Shown: positions 39,175 to 48,255, counted from the stretch's first letter. The stretch is 64,000 bases of DNA from an uncultured Thermoleophilia bacterium (GCA_963720455.1 OY970392.1:1379745-1443744); one strand, 5' to 3'. Made by a program: numbers and translations. Notes: generated by a model from the sequence alone, not told the origin.

Positions 39175-41703
39175 ATGCGCGGCTCGCTCTTCACCTTCCC
39201 CGCCGGCCGCCGAGCCAAGTGGATCGTCTTCGCCGTCTGGTTCGTGGGGATCTTCGGTGCCGTCGGCGCAGCCGAACTGCCGACCAAGTTCGAAGAAGCC
39301 GAAAACAACGAGGCGACCTCCTACCTCCCCGGCGACGCCGAGTCGACCGCGGCCCTCGACGCGACCGAGCAGCTGCAGAACGGCGAAATCGCCTCCGCGG
39401 TGATCGTCTACCGCAACGACTCGGGCCTGACGCCGGAGAACTACGCGCAGATCGAAGCCGACGTCGCCGGCATGACCGAGGAGAAGTTCGAAGGCGTGAT
39501 CGCCGACGGCGAAACCGCCGCCTCGGGCGGCAAAGGCGAGCCGAAGCCGAAGCCTCGCAAGAACATCGACACGATCGGTGTCAGCCTGCCCGGCTGCGGC
39601 ACCCCGACCTCGACCATCCCCGGCCAGCCCGCCGACTACGCCCCGTTCGTCGGCCCCGTCTGCTCGCAGGACGGCAAGGAGGCGATCGTCACCGCCTACA
39701 TCAACGCCGAAGGCGAGGGCGACCGGATCGTCGACCCGGTCAAGGCCTGGCGCGAGGTGATCGAAAACCCCGGCGGCGGGCTCGAGGTGAAGATCACCGG
39801 CGGCGCCGGCTTCTCCGCCGACGCGATCGAAGTCTTCGAAGGGATCAACGGGACCCTGCTGCTGGCCGCGGTCAGCCTCGTGATCTTCCTCCTCATCCTC
39901 ATCTACCGCTCGCCGATCTTCCTCTTCATCCCGTTGATCGCGGTGATCTTCGCCGAGCTGCTCTCGCGCTCGATCGGGTACGGCGTCTCGGAGCTGGGGG
40001 TGACGATCAACGGCCAGTCGAGCTCGATCATGTCGGTCCTCGTGCTCGGCGCCGGCACCGACTACGCGCTGCTGCTGGTCGCCCGCTACCGCGAGGAGCT
40101 ACACAAAACCGCCGACAAGTACGCGGCGATGCGGACCGCGCTGGAATCGGCCGGGCCGGCGATCTTCGCCTCGGCGCTGACCGTCATCGCCGCCCTCCTC
40201 TGCCTGCTGATCGCCAAGGTCAACGGCACCTCCGGGCTGGGCCCGATCGCCGCGATCGGCATCGCCTGCGCGGCGCTCTCGATGCTGACCCTGCTGCCGG
40301 CGCTGCTGACGATCTTCGGCCGCCGCGCCTTCTGGCCCTTCGTTCCGCACACCGCCGAGACCGCACCGCGGGCGGAAGCGATCTCCGAGGGGGCGCGACG
40401 CCGGATCGTCGACGGCTCCGGCGTCGCCGCCCTGCTCTGGGTCATCCTCTCCTGCTTGCTGGTCCTCGTGCTGCTGCCGCTCGTCCTGCTCACTTCGATC
40501 CTGTACAGGCTGAGCAAGATCCGGAGCTTCCCCTCTGGAGATCCCACCCGTGACGAAATCGAAGCATGGAAGGGCGGCATCCCTTCGCTTGTTGGCCTAC
40601 TCGACCGCGCGGTCTTCACTCCTTATGAGATGCGCCGTCACCGGCTCGAGCACGCCGCCGACGCCACCCACGGCGTCTGGGCGCGGATCGGCAAACGAGT
40701 GGCCTTCTCACCGCGCCGGATCATGTTCGGCACGATCGGCGTGCTGCTGATCCTCTGCGCCGGCTTCGCCTTCTTCTCGACCGAACTGACCAGCGAAGAC
40801 AGCTACCGGACCGAAGTCGAATCGGTCGAAGGGCAGCATCTGCTGGACGAAAGCTTCCCCTCGGGCACCACCGCACCGACCGACGTCGTCGTCGCCGACC
40901 GTGGCGACCTGAACGCGGTCAAGAACGCCGTCGAAGGCGTCGACGGGGTCGAGGCGGTCTCGGCTCCGGTCGCCACCGGTCCGCCGGGGACCCTGATCCA
41001 GGCGACGCTCGAACCGAATCCCTACTCGACCGAGGCTTTCGAACTGATTGACCCCGTCCGCGACGCGGCGCAGGAAGTCGCTCCGGAAACCCTGGTCGGC
41101 GGACCGAGCGCGGTCGAAGCCGACGTTCGCGATGCGGCTGGCTGGGACTCGATCGTGATCCCACCGATCATCCTCCTCGTCGTCTTCCTGATCCTGATCG
41201 GGCTGCTGCGGGCGGTGGCCGCACCGTTGGTCCTGGTCGGCACCGTGATCATCAGCTTCCTCGCCGCCCTCGGCGTCGGCTACTTCTTCTTCGACGTCGT
41301 CTTCGGCTTCCCGGGCTCGGATCCGTCGCTGCCGCTCTTCGCCTTCGTCTTCCTGGTCGCGCTGGGCGTCGACTACAACATCTTCCTCGTCGCCCGCGCT
41401 CGTGAGGAGACCGAAAAGCACGGCTCCGAACAGGGGATGCTGCGTGCCCTGGCCGTCACCGGCGGCGTCATCACCAGCGCCGGCATCGTCCTCGCCGGCA
41501 CCTTCTCGGTCCTCGCCGTCCTCCCCCTCACCTTCCTCACCGAGCTCGGCTTCGTCGTCGCCTTCGGCGTCCTCCTCGACACCTTCCTCGTCCGCAGCAT
41601 CCTCGTGCCCTCGGCCGCCCTCACCCTCGGCGACAGGTTCTGGTGGCCCTCGGCGCTCTCCCGCCCGTCAAAAGAACGTTCGGGCGACGCGCCGGTCGCC
41701 TAA
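39175..41703 (+). CDS. MMPL-family membrane transporter (intact)
   Basis: 842 aa with two 6-TM bundles. MMPL motifs GAGTDYALLLVARYREE and ALGVDYNIFLVARAREE are present. No frame breaks. Confidence 0.85.
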   Translation: MRGSLFTFPAGRRAKWIVFAVWFVGIFGAVGAAELPTKFEEAENNEATSYLPGDAESTAALDATEQLQNGEIASAVIVYRNDSGLTPENYAQIEADVAGMTEEKFEGVIADGETAASGGKGEPKPKPRKNIDTIGVSLPGCGTPTSTIPGQPADYAPFVGPVCSQDGKEAIVTAYINAEGEGDRIVDPVKAWREVIENPGGGLEVKITGGAGFSADAIEVFEGINGTLLLAAVSLVIFLLILIYRSPIFLFIPLIAVIFAELLSRSIGYGVSELGVTINGQSSSIMSVLVLGAGTDYALLLVARYREELHKTADKYAAMRTALESAGPAIFASALTVIAALLCLLIAKVNGTSGLGPIAAIGIACAALSMLTLLPALLTIFGRRAFWPFVPHTAETAPRAEAISEGARRRIVDGSGVAALLWVILSCLLVLVLLPLVLLTSILYRLSKIRSFPSGDPTRDEIEAWKGGIPSLVGLLDRAVFTPYEMRRHRLEHAADATHGVWARIGKRVAFSPRRIMFGTIGVLLILCAGFAFFSTELTSEDSYRTEVESVEGQHLLDESFPSGTTAPTDVVVADRGDLNAVKNAVEGVDGVEAVSAPVATGPPGTLIQATLEPNPYSTEAFELIDPVRDAAQEVAPETLVGGPSAVEADVRDAAGWDSIVIPPIILLVVFLILIGLLRAVAAPLVLVGTVIISFLAALGVGYFFFDVVFGFPGSDPSLPLFAFVFLVALGVDYNIFLVARAREETEKHGSEQGMLRALAVTGGVITSAGIVLAGTFSVLAVLPLTFLTELGFVVAFGVLLDTFLVRSILVPSAALTLGDRFWWPSALSRPSKERSGDAPVA

Positions 41704-41723
41704 CCGAGCGCTACCCGACTTGA

Positions 41724-41739
41724 GGCCCCTATAGGGGCC
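41724..41739. terminator. Perfect palindrome between convergent genes
   Basis: GGCCCCTATAGGGGCC lies between the MMPL stop (41703) and the PhzF-like stop (41745). Confidence 0.5.
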
Positions 41740-41744
41740 CAAAC

Positions 41745-42425
41745 TCAGGGAACGGCGAGGTCGCGCACCTCGTCGAGCGCGACGCGCCCGCCGACCTCGG
41801 CGCGACCGTCGGCCAACGGCCGGGCGTCCAGCACCGAGCCGCTTCCCTGGTGGATCGTCAGCGGCCGGCCGAGCTCGGTCGCGAGCATGAGCGCCGCCGA
41901 TCCCGTCGCCTCGTCCTCCCCCACTCCGTCCTCGACCGCGTAGCAGCGTGAGCGCACGAGGCCGGCCGTCTCGTCGGCCCAGGCCCAGACGTAGATCTCG
42001 TCCTCGCGGCCGCCGGGCGGGCCGTCGAGAGCCTCGACGTCGGCCGCCGAGCCGAACTCGATCAGCTCCCAGGGCGGCGACCACTCGGCGCGGGCGGCGA
42101 TGAAGGTCAGCTCGCCCTCGAACCGCACAGCAACCTCGCCGGCGGGCGGGCGCAGCGCCTCGACCTCTTCGCCTTCGCGGGCGAGCAGCCAGGCGGTCCC
42201 GACGCTGGGGTGGCCGGCGAAGCCGAGCTCCGAGCCCGGCGTGAAGATCCGGCACTCGCCGCGCTCGCGGTCGTCGACGAAGACGGTCTCCGAGTAACCG
42301 AGCTCGGCGGCGACCGCCTGGCGCCGCTCCGCCGGGACCTCGGCGCCGTCGAGGAAGACGCCGAGCGGGTTGCCCCACTCGCCCGCCGTGCCGGTGAAGA
42401 CGCGGAGGACGTGGAGCGTGGCCAT
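41745..42425 (-). CDS. PhzF-family isomerase-like protein
   Basis: VLRVFTGTAGEWGNPLGVFLDG and FAGHPSVGTAW are present. 226 aa. Confidence 0.7.
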   Translation of the reverse strand: MATLHVLRVFTGTAGEWGNPLGVFLDGAEVPAERRQAVAAELGYSETVFVDDRERGECRIFTPGSELGFAGHPSVGTAWLLAREGEEVEALRPPAGEVAVRFEGELTFIAARAEWSPPWELIEFGSAADVEALDGPPGGREDEIYVWAWADETAGLVRSRCYAVEDGVGEDEATGSAALMLATELGRPLTIHQGSGSVLDARPLADGRAEVGGRVALDEVRDLAVP

Positions 42426-42461
42426 CCGCCGCCGCTCCGTACCCGTTCCCTCGCCGTCGCC

Positions 42462-43814
42462 TCAGAGGATCGGCAGGAAGTTTTCGATCTCGTAGGGGGT
42501 GACCTGGACCCGGTAGTCGTCCCATTCCTGCCGCTTGATCTCGACGAAGCGGCGGAAGGTGTGCTCGCCCAGCGTCCGCAGGACCAGCTCGGAGTCGGCG
42601 GCGACCTCGATCGCCTCGCCGAGCGTCGCCGGCAGCTGCTCGATCCCCTGGTGAGAGAGCTCCTCCTGGGAGAGGTGGTAGAGGTTCTGCTCCATCGGCT
42701 CCGGCAGCTCGTAGCCCTTCTCGATCCCTTCCAAGCCGGCCTGCAGCATGCCGGCGAAGCAGAGGTACGGGTTGCAGGAGGGGTCCGGGCAGCGCAGCTC
42801 GGCCCGGGTCGCCCCCTCCTTGCCGGGGTGGTAGAGCGGCACCCGGATCAGGGCCGAGCGGTTGCGCCGCGACCAGGCCAGGTAGACCGGCGCCTCGTAG
42901 CCGGGGACCAGGCGCTTGTAGGAGTTGACCCACTGCGCGAACAGCGGCGAGATCTCGCGAGCGTGCTTGAGCTGGCCGGCGATGAACGACTTCGCCGTCG
43001 GCGAGAGGTAGTACGGGTCGTCCTCGTCGTAGAAGGCGTTCTTGCCGTCCTTGGCGAGCGACTGGTGGACGTGCATCCCGGACCCGTTCTCGCCGAACAG
43101 CGGCTTCGGCATGAAGGTCGCGTGCCAGCCGTATTTCATCGCGTACTCCTTGACGACGATGCGGTACGTCATGCAGTCGTCGGCCATCTCGAGCGCGTTC
43201 TTATAACGCATGTCGACCTCGTGCTGGGAGGGGCCGACCTCGTGGTGGGTGTACTCGACGTGGATCCCCATCTTCTCCAGCGCCAGCACGGTGTCGCGGC
43301 GCACGTCGGAGCCGGCGTCGAGCGTGGTCAGGTCGAAATAGCCGCCCTCGTCGAGGACCTCGGGAACGCCGCTCTCCGGCTTGGCGGAGCGGAAGTAGAA
43401 GAACTCCAGCTCGGGGCCGATGTTGTAGGCGTCGAAGCCCATCTCCTCCGCCCGCTTCATCGCCCGCTGCAGGATCCAGCGCGGGTCGCCCTCGTAGGGA
43501 CCGCCGCCGGGGACGCGGATGTCGCAGAACATGCGGGCGACCGCGTTCTCGTCCTCGGGGCGCCAGGGGATCAGGGCGAAGGTGGAGGGATCGGGCATCG
43601 CGATCATGTCCGACTCCTCGATCGGGTTGAAGCCGGTGATCGAGGAACCGTCGAAGCCCATGCCGCCGTCGAAGGCGTCCTCGAGCTCGGCGGCGTTGAT
43701 CGAGAAGCTCTTCAGCTGGCCGAGCACGTCGGTGAACCAGAGGCGGACGAAGCGCACGTCGCTCTCCTTGACGATCGCGACGACGTCAGCGGCACTTCGG
43801 GGTTGCTCTGCCAT
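42462..43814 (-). CDS. glnA: Glutamine synthetase, type I
   Basis: Start at ATG 43812-43814 (MAEQPRSAADV...). Contains DVRFVRLWFTDVLG, GFDGSSI, PELEFFYF, MHVHQSL and RVPLYHPG. Confidence 0.95.
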   Translation of the reverse strand: MAEQPRSAADVVAIVKESDVRFVRLWFTDVLGQLKSFSINAAELEDAFDGGMGFDGSSITGFNPIEESDMIAMPDPSTFALIPWRPEDENAVARMFCDIRVPGGGPYEGDPRWILQRAMKRAEEMGFDAYNIGPELEFFYFRSAKPESGVPEVLDEGGYFDLTTLDAGSDVRRDTVLALEKMGIHVEYTHHEVGPSQHEVDMRYKNALEMADDCMTYRIVVKEYAMKYGWHATFMPKPLFGENGSGMHVHQSLAKDGKNAFYDEDDPYYLSPTAKSFIAGQLKHAREISPLFAQWVNSYKRLVPGYEAPVYLAWSRRNRSALIRVPLYHPGKEGATRAELRCPDPSCNPYLCFAGMLQAGLEGIEKGYELPEPMEQNLYHLSQEELSHQGIEQLPATLGEAIEVAADSELVLRTLGEHTFRRFVEIKRQEWDDYRVQVTPYEIENFLPIL

Positions 43815-43966
43815 TCCGGCCTCCTTGGCTTGTCCGCGAGAAGGCCGCAACGATAGGCGAATGAACCGAAGGGGTGCAGAACGACGTAATACGGGTAGAG
43901 GAACAAGATTCTCGACCGCTTCCAAGGCCGTTCACCGGGAGCTTGCGAGAAGGATGAAAAAGCGAT

Positions 43967-44030
43967 ATAACTTACTTCCCGTAAGTTATCGGCTCAAAGT
44001 AAAGTAAAGGCCACGTAAAGGCTCTGTAAG
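43967..44030. promoter_or_regulatory. AT-rich palindrome plus phased GTAA(A)G repeats in the glnA/CMD divergent region
   Basis: The palindrome is ATAACTTAC-TTCCC-GTAAGTTAT (43967-43989). GTAAAG then occurs at 43999, 44004 and 44015, and GTAAG at 44026 (11-bp phasing for the last three). Confidence 0.35.
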
Positions 44031-44067
44031 GCGAAATCGCTCGAGCAGGGCAGAGACGAGAAGCGAC

Positions 44068-44637
44068 GTGACTGTAAAAACGGCAGTAAGCAGATTCCAG
44101 ATCCACGATGAGCTGACCGCTCCCGATGAGAGCGCTCCGCTGATCAAGACCATCCAGGCCGCCGGCGGCGCGGTGACCAAGTTCGTCGGCGTCCTGGCCG
44201 GCTCCCCCGCCGTACTGCGGGCGTACACCCGGATGCGCTCAGAGCTGCGCGGTGGCGTCCTGCCACAGGCGACCCGCGAGCGGATTGCCCTGGCGGTCGC
44301 CGAGCACCGCGAGGACAACTACAGCATCGCCCAGCACGCGAAGTCGGCCCGCCGCGCCGGCCTCGGCCTCGACGAGGTCTCCCGGGCGCGCAGCTTCACC
44401 TCCGCCGACGAGAAGGAGGCAGCGCTGCTCGCCTACCTGAAAGAGGCGCTCGACGCCGAGGGCCCTCCCCCGCTCCACCTGCACGAGGAGGCACGGGAGA
44501 TCGGCTGGACCGACGAGGAGCTCCTTGAGGCGGTCGGGCATCTGGCGCTCAATGAGTTCCAGAGTCTGATTGCGAGCGCGGCGGCGCTTCCTAAAGACCA
44601 GGCCACTCCAAGGGTTCTTCCTTCGGCTGCCGCCTAA
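44068..44637 (+). CDS. Carboxymuconolactone decarboxylase (AhpD-like) family protein
   Basis: GTG start. The CMD-domain pattern is PQATRERIALAVAEHREDNYSIAQHAK. Confidence 0.75.
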   Translation: MTVKTAVSRFQIHDELTAPDESAPLIKTIQAAGGAVTKFVGVLAGSPAVLRAYTRMRSELRGGVLPQATRERIALAVAEHREDNYSIAQHAKSARRAGLGLDEVSRARSFTSADEKEAALLAYLKEALDAEGPPPLHLHEEAREIGWTDEELLEAVGHLALNEFQSLIASAAALPKDQATPRVLPSAAA

Positions 44638-44640
44638 GCG

Positions 44641-44757
44641 AGGAGGGGGTCCGATGCCCCTCCTCGCTCAACTTTTTTGAGGTTTGCCTGCGGCCATCCG
44701 AGGGTCGCCGTCGGCAAAAAAGTACAAGCCGCTCGGAGGGGCATCGGACCCCCTCCT
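44641..44757. repeat. Structured intergenic element, copy A (conserved core inside a copy-specific inverted repeat)
   Basis: Outer arms are AGGAGGGGGTCCGATGCCCCTCC (44641-44663) and its exact complement (44735-44757). The inner stem is ACTTTTTTG/CAAAAAAGT. The core shares AACTTTTT.GA.G...GCCTGCGGC...TCGCCG.C.GC.AAAAAGTACAAG.CG with 59405-59474. Confidence 0.75.
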
Positions 44758-44790
44758 GCGGTTCGGGAGCCGGGGAGGGTTTGAAGCTGG

Positions 44791-45510
44791 TTAGCCCTCT
44801 ACGAGGGTTGCCGTGTAGAGCAGTCTTGCCGTGGAGTACTTACAGCCGAAGTCGGCACGGCGGTTGAGTTTTTCGAGGGGTTCGCCCTGGCGGATGGCGG
44901 TGGAGTTGGTGCATTTGCCGAGTTCGCGGCTGGCGCGCCAGACGTTGTCGGCGGGGAGATCCTGGGCGAAGGCGGGGGCCCAGGTGGGGACGGTGATGGC
45001 GACGATGTCATTTCGTTCCACTTTCAGCGAGGAGCCGAATTTGACCGTCTGTCCGAGGTAGGGGGTGAGCACCTTGATCGAGCCCTGGCTGCGCAGGCTG
45101 TAGCGGGGCGGGTTGGTGCCGGCGATGCGGCGCAGGATCGAAAGCCGCGCCTCCGGCGGGGTACCGAAGAAGTTGTTGAAGAAGGTGCGCTGCTTGTTGG
45201 TCGGCTGCGCCAGGGTCAGGGTCCAGGACTTGATCGTGCCGTCGTGCGGGACCAGGAAGGGCGAGCGGGTCTGGCCGTTGCTGACCTGGAAGCCGGTGAC
45301 GCTGCCGATCGCCTGGCAGGGCAGCCCCGGGCAGGACGGGTCGGGCACCGTCGAGGTCTGACCGAGGATGACGGTCGTGCTCGGCACCTTGGCGACGCCG
45401 GCGCCGACCGTGAGAGCGCCCAGAGCCACGAGCGAGGCCAGCGCCAGAACCAGCCAACGACCCCCGCGCCGCGCGTTCGGGGCGAATGCTCCGTACGAAG
45501 ACCTCGTCAT
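44791..45510 (-). CDS. Secreted hypothetical protein
   Basis: Signal peptide (RWLVLALASLVALGALTVGAGVA). Has conserved-looking Cys pairs. No family recognised. Lies downstream of the RlpA-like gene on the same strand. Confidence 0.6.
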   Translation of the reverse strand: MTRSSYGAFAPNARRGGRWLVLALASLVALGALTVGAGVAKVPSTTVILGQTSTVPDPSCPGLPCQAIGSVTGFQVSNGQTRSPFLVPHDGTIKSWTLTLAQPTNKQRTFFNNFFGTPPEARLSILRRIAGTNPPRYSLRSQGSIKVLTPYLGQTVKFGSSLKVERNDIVAITVPTWAPAFAQDLPADNVWRASRELGKCTNSTAIRQGEPLEKLNRRADFGCKYSTARLLYTATLVEG

Positions 45511-45587
45511 ACCGATGCTCCTCTCATGGAAGATGGCGCTGAGCAGGGCAGATTAGCCACCCCACCGGAGGAAGCCGATCTCGAAGC

Positions 45588-46064
45588 TCAGGGCCTCGGG
45601 GCGGGCCGCGCGTACTCGACGGCGATCGCGTAGCGCACCATGCCGACCCCTTCGAACCCGAGGGCTTCGCCGGCGGCGGCGGTCAGATCCCACGCGCGCC
45701 CTTTCACGTAGGGCCCGCGGTCGATCACCTGCGTGACCAGGGCGCGGCCGTGGTAGACGAACTTGACCGCGGTACCGCAGGGCAGGTTGCGGTGGGCGAC
45801 GCCGAGCATGCCGGGGCGCAGCGTCTGCCCACAGGCGGTCTTGCTCCCCCACAGCCCGGGCCCATACCAGCTGGCGCCGGCGCTGCGAAAGGGGCCGAAG
45901 GCGATGTCCTGCCCCGCCGGCGTGCCGGCGCCGCCATACGCCGTCGAGGCGCCACCGGTGGCGGCCTGAACCGAACCGACGCCGCCGACGAGAATGGTCA
46001 GAGCAGCGAGCGCGGCGCTCCAGCGCAGGCGCAACGAGGCATGGGGGTTTCCGTGTTCGAGCAT
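45588..46064 (-). CDS. RlpA-like double-psi beta-barrel (DPBB) cell-wall protein
   Basis: Signal peptide, then ASWYGPGLWGSKTACGQTL...GVAHRNLPCGTAVKFVYHGRALVTQVIDRGPY. Confidence 0.8.
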   Translation of the reverse strand: MLEHGNPHASLRLRWSAALAALTILVGGVGSVQAATGGASTAYGGAGTPAGQDIAFGPFRSAGASWYGPGLWGSKTACGQTLRPGMLGVAHRNLPCGTAVKFVYHGRALVTQVIDRGPYVKGRAWDLTAAAGEALGFEGVGMVRYAIAVEYARPAPRP

Positions 46065-46071
46065 TCTCTTT

Positions 46072-46205
46072 CCAGGCGCTTGCGGGGTTAGCTGTCGGGC
46101 TCGCGCTGAAAGAGCTGCGCTACGCGGCGGATGCCGGCGATTCGCCCCAACTAATTGGGTCCCCCGCTCCCCGCGTTATGTAGGCGGAGATTCAGCGGAA
46201 GTTGG
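46072..46205 (-). promoter_or_regulatory. Cyclic-di-AMP riboswitch (ydaO/yuaA class) in the 5-prime leader of the RlpA-like gene
   Basis: The minus-strand RNA reads ...CGCUGAAUC...GGGAGCGGGGGACCCA...GGGGCGAAUC...GAGCCCGACAGCUAACCCCGCAAGCGCC, then AAAGAGA-AUG. This matches my recollection of the class's conserved blocks. Confidence 0.75.
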
Positions 46206-46267
46206 CGGCAGGTTAGCAAAGGCTAAGACAGGAAAACGTGTATAGGTTGAAAACCGCTCTGGAATGG

Positions 46268-46293
46268 GAAAAGCCCCCTCGCGGGGGCTTTTC
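46268..46293. terminator. Bidirectional intrinsic terminator
   Basis: GAAAAGCCCCC-TCGC-GGGGGCTTTTC lies directly 3-prime of rnpB on the minus strand. Confidence 0.7.
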
Positions 46294-46295
46294 CG

Positions 46296-46655
46296 TTAGC
46301 GGGCCTGTAAGCCGGATCCTGTCGTGAGCGGCCATCTGTCTATGCGGCCCACCTGGACCTCGCCGAGCCGGGTCGACGGTCCTGCTTGGCCTTGCACCGG
46401 GCGGGGTTTGCCTGGCCGCCGCGTCACCGCGACGCCGGTGCGCTCTTACCGCACCATTTCACCTTTGCCTGTACGCGACTCACGTGTGGCCGCGCCATCG
46501 GCCGTGTGTTTCTGTGGCACTTTCCCGCGGGTTTCCCCGGGTGGGCGTTACCCACCGCCCTGCCCTGTGGTGTCCGGACTTTCCTCGAGGGGTTTTCTCT
46601 CCCCCCGCGGTCCGCTCGGCCCGCCCACCGATGGTACGCCTCCGGGCTCGCGAGG
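46296..46655 (-). ncRNA. rnpB: RNase P RNA (bacterial type A)
   Basis: The minus strand contains GAGGAAAGUCCGGAC (complement of 46574-46586), GGGUAACGCCCACCCGGGGAAACC, AGUGCCACAGAAA, GGUGCGGUAAGAGCGCACC, GGUGCAAGGCCAAG and the 3-prime ACAGGAUCCGGCUUACAGGCCCGCU. The ends are approximate (about 10 nt uncertainty). Confidence 0.88.
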
Positions 46656-46684
46656 CCAAACGCACGCCGGGTATGGTGGCGGGC

Positions 46685-47506
46685 ATGCGGACGGCAGTGG
46701 TGACGGGAGCCGGAAGCGGCCTGGGTCGCGCGATCGCGGCCGAGCTCGCGGGCCGCGGTTACCGGGTCCATGTCACCGACCTGGACGCCGGAGCAGCGGG
46801 TCAGACCGCGGCGGGAACCGGCGGCGGCGCCGTGTCCTCGGCGCTCGACGTGCGGGACGAGGGAGCCTGCCGGGCCCTCGCCGACTCGGTCGCGCGCGAC
46901 GGCGGCCTCGACCTCTGGGTCAACAACGCCGGCGTCTTCTTCAGCGGCCCACCGTGGGAGCAGGGATCGGAGCTGCGGCAGCTGATGTTCGACGTCAACA
47001 CGACCGGCCTCATCAACGGCACCCTTGCCGCGCTGGCGCCGATGATGGCCACCGGGCGCGGCCATATCGTCAACGTGGTCTCCCTGGCCGGGATCGTGGC
47101 CGCCCCCGGCGAGGTCGCCTACTCGGCCAGCAAGCACGCGGCGATGGCCTTCACCCTCGGCACCCTCTTCGACCTGCGCCGCGCCGGCATCCGCGGGATC
47201 GATGTCTCGGCGGTCTGCCCGGACGGGATCTGGACGCCGATGCTCGAAGACAAGCTCGACGACCCCGACGCGGCGGCGTCCTTCTCCGGCCAACTGCTCA
47301 CGCCCGCGCAGGTCGCGAAGGAGGTCGGCAAGCTGACGGCGGGCCCGCGCCCGATCGCGATCGTCCCCCGCCGGCGCGGCCCCGGGCTACGGCTCTTCGA
47401 CCTCTTCCCGCGCCTGGCGATCCAACTCCTGCCCGCCCTGATGTGGGACGCCCGTCGCCGCCAACGACGCTACAAAAAGCTCATTCAGACCGGTCGCTGG
47501 CCCTGA
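46685..47506 (+). CDS. Short-chain dehydrogenase/reductase (SDR)
   Basis: Contains MRTAVVTGAGSGLGRAIA, NNAGV and YSASKHA. An alternative ATG lies at 46673. Confidence 0.85.
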   Translation: MRTAVVTGAGSGLGRAIAAELAGRGYRVHVTDLDAGAAGQTAAGTGGGAVSSALDVRDEGACRALADSVARDGGLDLWVNNAGVFFSGPPWEQGSELRQLMFDVNTTGLINGTLAALAPMMATGRGHIVNVVSLAGIVAAPGEVAYSASKHAAMAFTLGTLFDLRRAGIRGIDVSAVCPDGIWTPMLEDKLDDPDAAASFSGQLLTPAQVAKEVGKLTAGPRPIAIVPRRRGPGLRLFDLFPRLAIQLLPALMWDARRRQRRYKKLIQTGRWP

Positions 47507-47599
47507 CGAGAGCCAGGGATTGCCAGACAAGGACGCAGGGAGCGTGGCGTGCTTTGCACGCGAGCGACCGAGGACGCCGTATGGCGATTCCTGGGTCCG

Positions 47600-48214
47600 T
47601 CAGACAGCTCTGAAGACGCCGACGACGCGTCCGAGGACGCGGGCGTCGGTGGTGATGATCGGGTCCATTTCGTCGTTCTCGGGCTGCAGGCGGATGTGGT
47701 CCTTTTCGCGATAGATCCGCTTCACCGTCGCCTCCTCGCCGATCAGGGCGACGACGATTTCGCCGTTGGCGGCGTCGTCGCTCGGCCTGACGACCACGTA
47801 GTCGCCCTCGAGGATGCCGGCGTTCTTCATGCTCTCGCCGCGGATCTGGAGGATGTAGTCGCCGTCCTCGCCGCCGATCACGTCGGGGATCTCGAGGTAC
47901 TCCTCGATGTTCTCCTCGGCCAGGATCGGCTCGCCGGCAGCCACCTGGCCGACCAGCGGCAAGCCGCTTTCGGACCGGATCGTCCGCTTCGCCTTGTCGA
48001 AGAGCAGCTCGATCGCCCGCGGCTTCGAGGGGTCGCGCCTCAGCAGCCCGATCTTCTCCAGGTTGGCCAGATGCGCGTGCACCGTCGAGGACGAGTGCAG
48101 GCCCACCGCTTTGCCGATCTCCCGCACCGTCGGCGGGTACCCCGTCTTCGCCGCGTACTTGCGGATGAAGTCGAAGATCTCTTTCTGCCTTTTGGTCAGG
48201 TCCAGATCAACCAT
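47600..48214 (-). CDS. lexA: LexA repressor
   Basis: Contains LTKRQKEIFDFIRKY...GYPPTVREIG, the cleavage site VAAGEP, and GESM...VKR serine-protease motifs. Confidence 0.95.
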   Translation of the reverse strand: MVDLDLTKRQKEIFDFIRKYAAKTGYPPTVREIGKAVGLHSSSTVHAHLANLEKIGLLRRDPSKPRAIELLFDKAKRTIRSESGLPLVGQVAAGEPILAEENIEEYLEIPDVIGGEDGDYILQIRGESMKNAGILEGDYVVVRPSDDAANGEIVVALIGEEATVKRIYREKDHIRLQPENDEMDPIITTDARVLGRVVGVFRAV

Positions 48215-48255
48215 CGCTAATCCTATTCTCCCCCAAATCGCCGGCGCGAACGCAT

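Noticed and set aside
44641-44757. Interpreting the 44.6-kb and 59.4-kb elements as classical MITEs
   Set aside because: In a MITE, the terminal inverted repeats are conserved between copies and the flanking duplications are direct. Here the core is conserved, and the flanking repeats are inverted and copy-specific. The transposon-remnant label does not fit as is.
46324-47613. ORFs 46324..47613, 46386..46703 and 46424..47293 covering 46.3-46.7 kb
   Set aside because: This stretch is RNase P RNA on the minus strand, with diagnostic conserved blocks. The ORFs are Arg/Pro-rich artefacts. Only the SDR from 46685 is credible.
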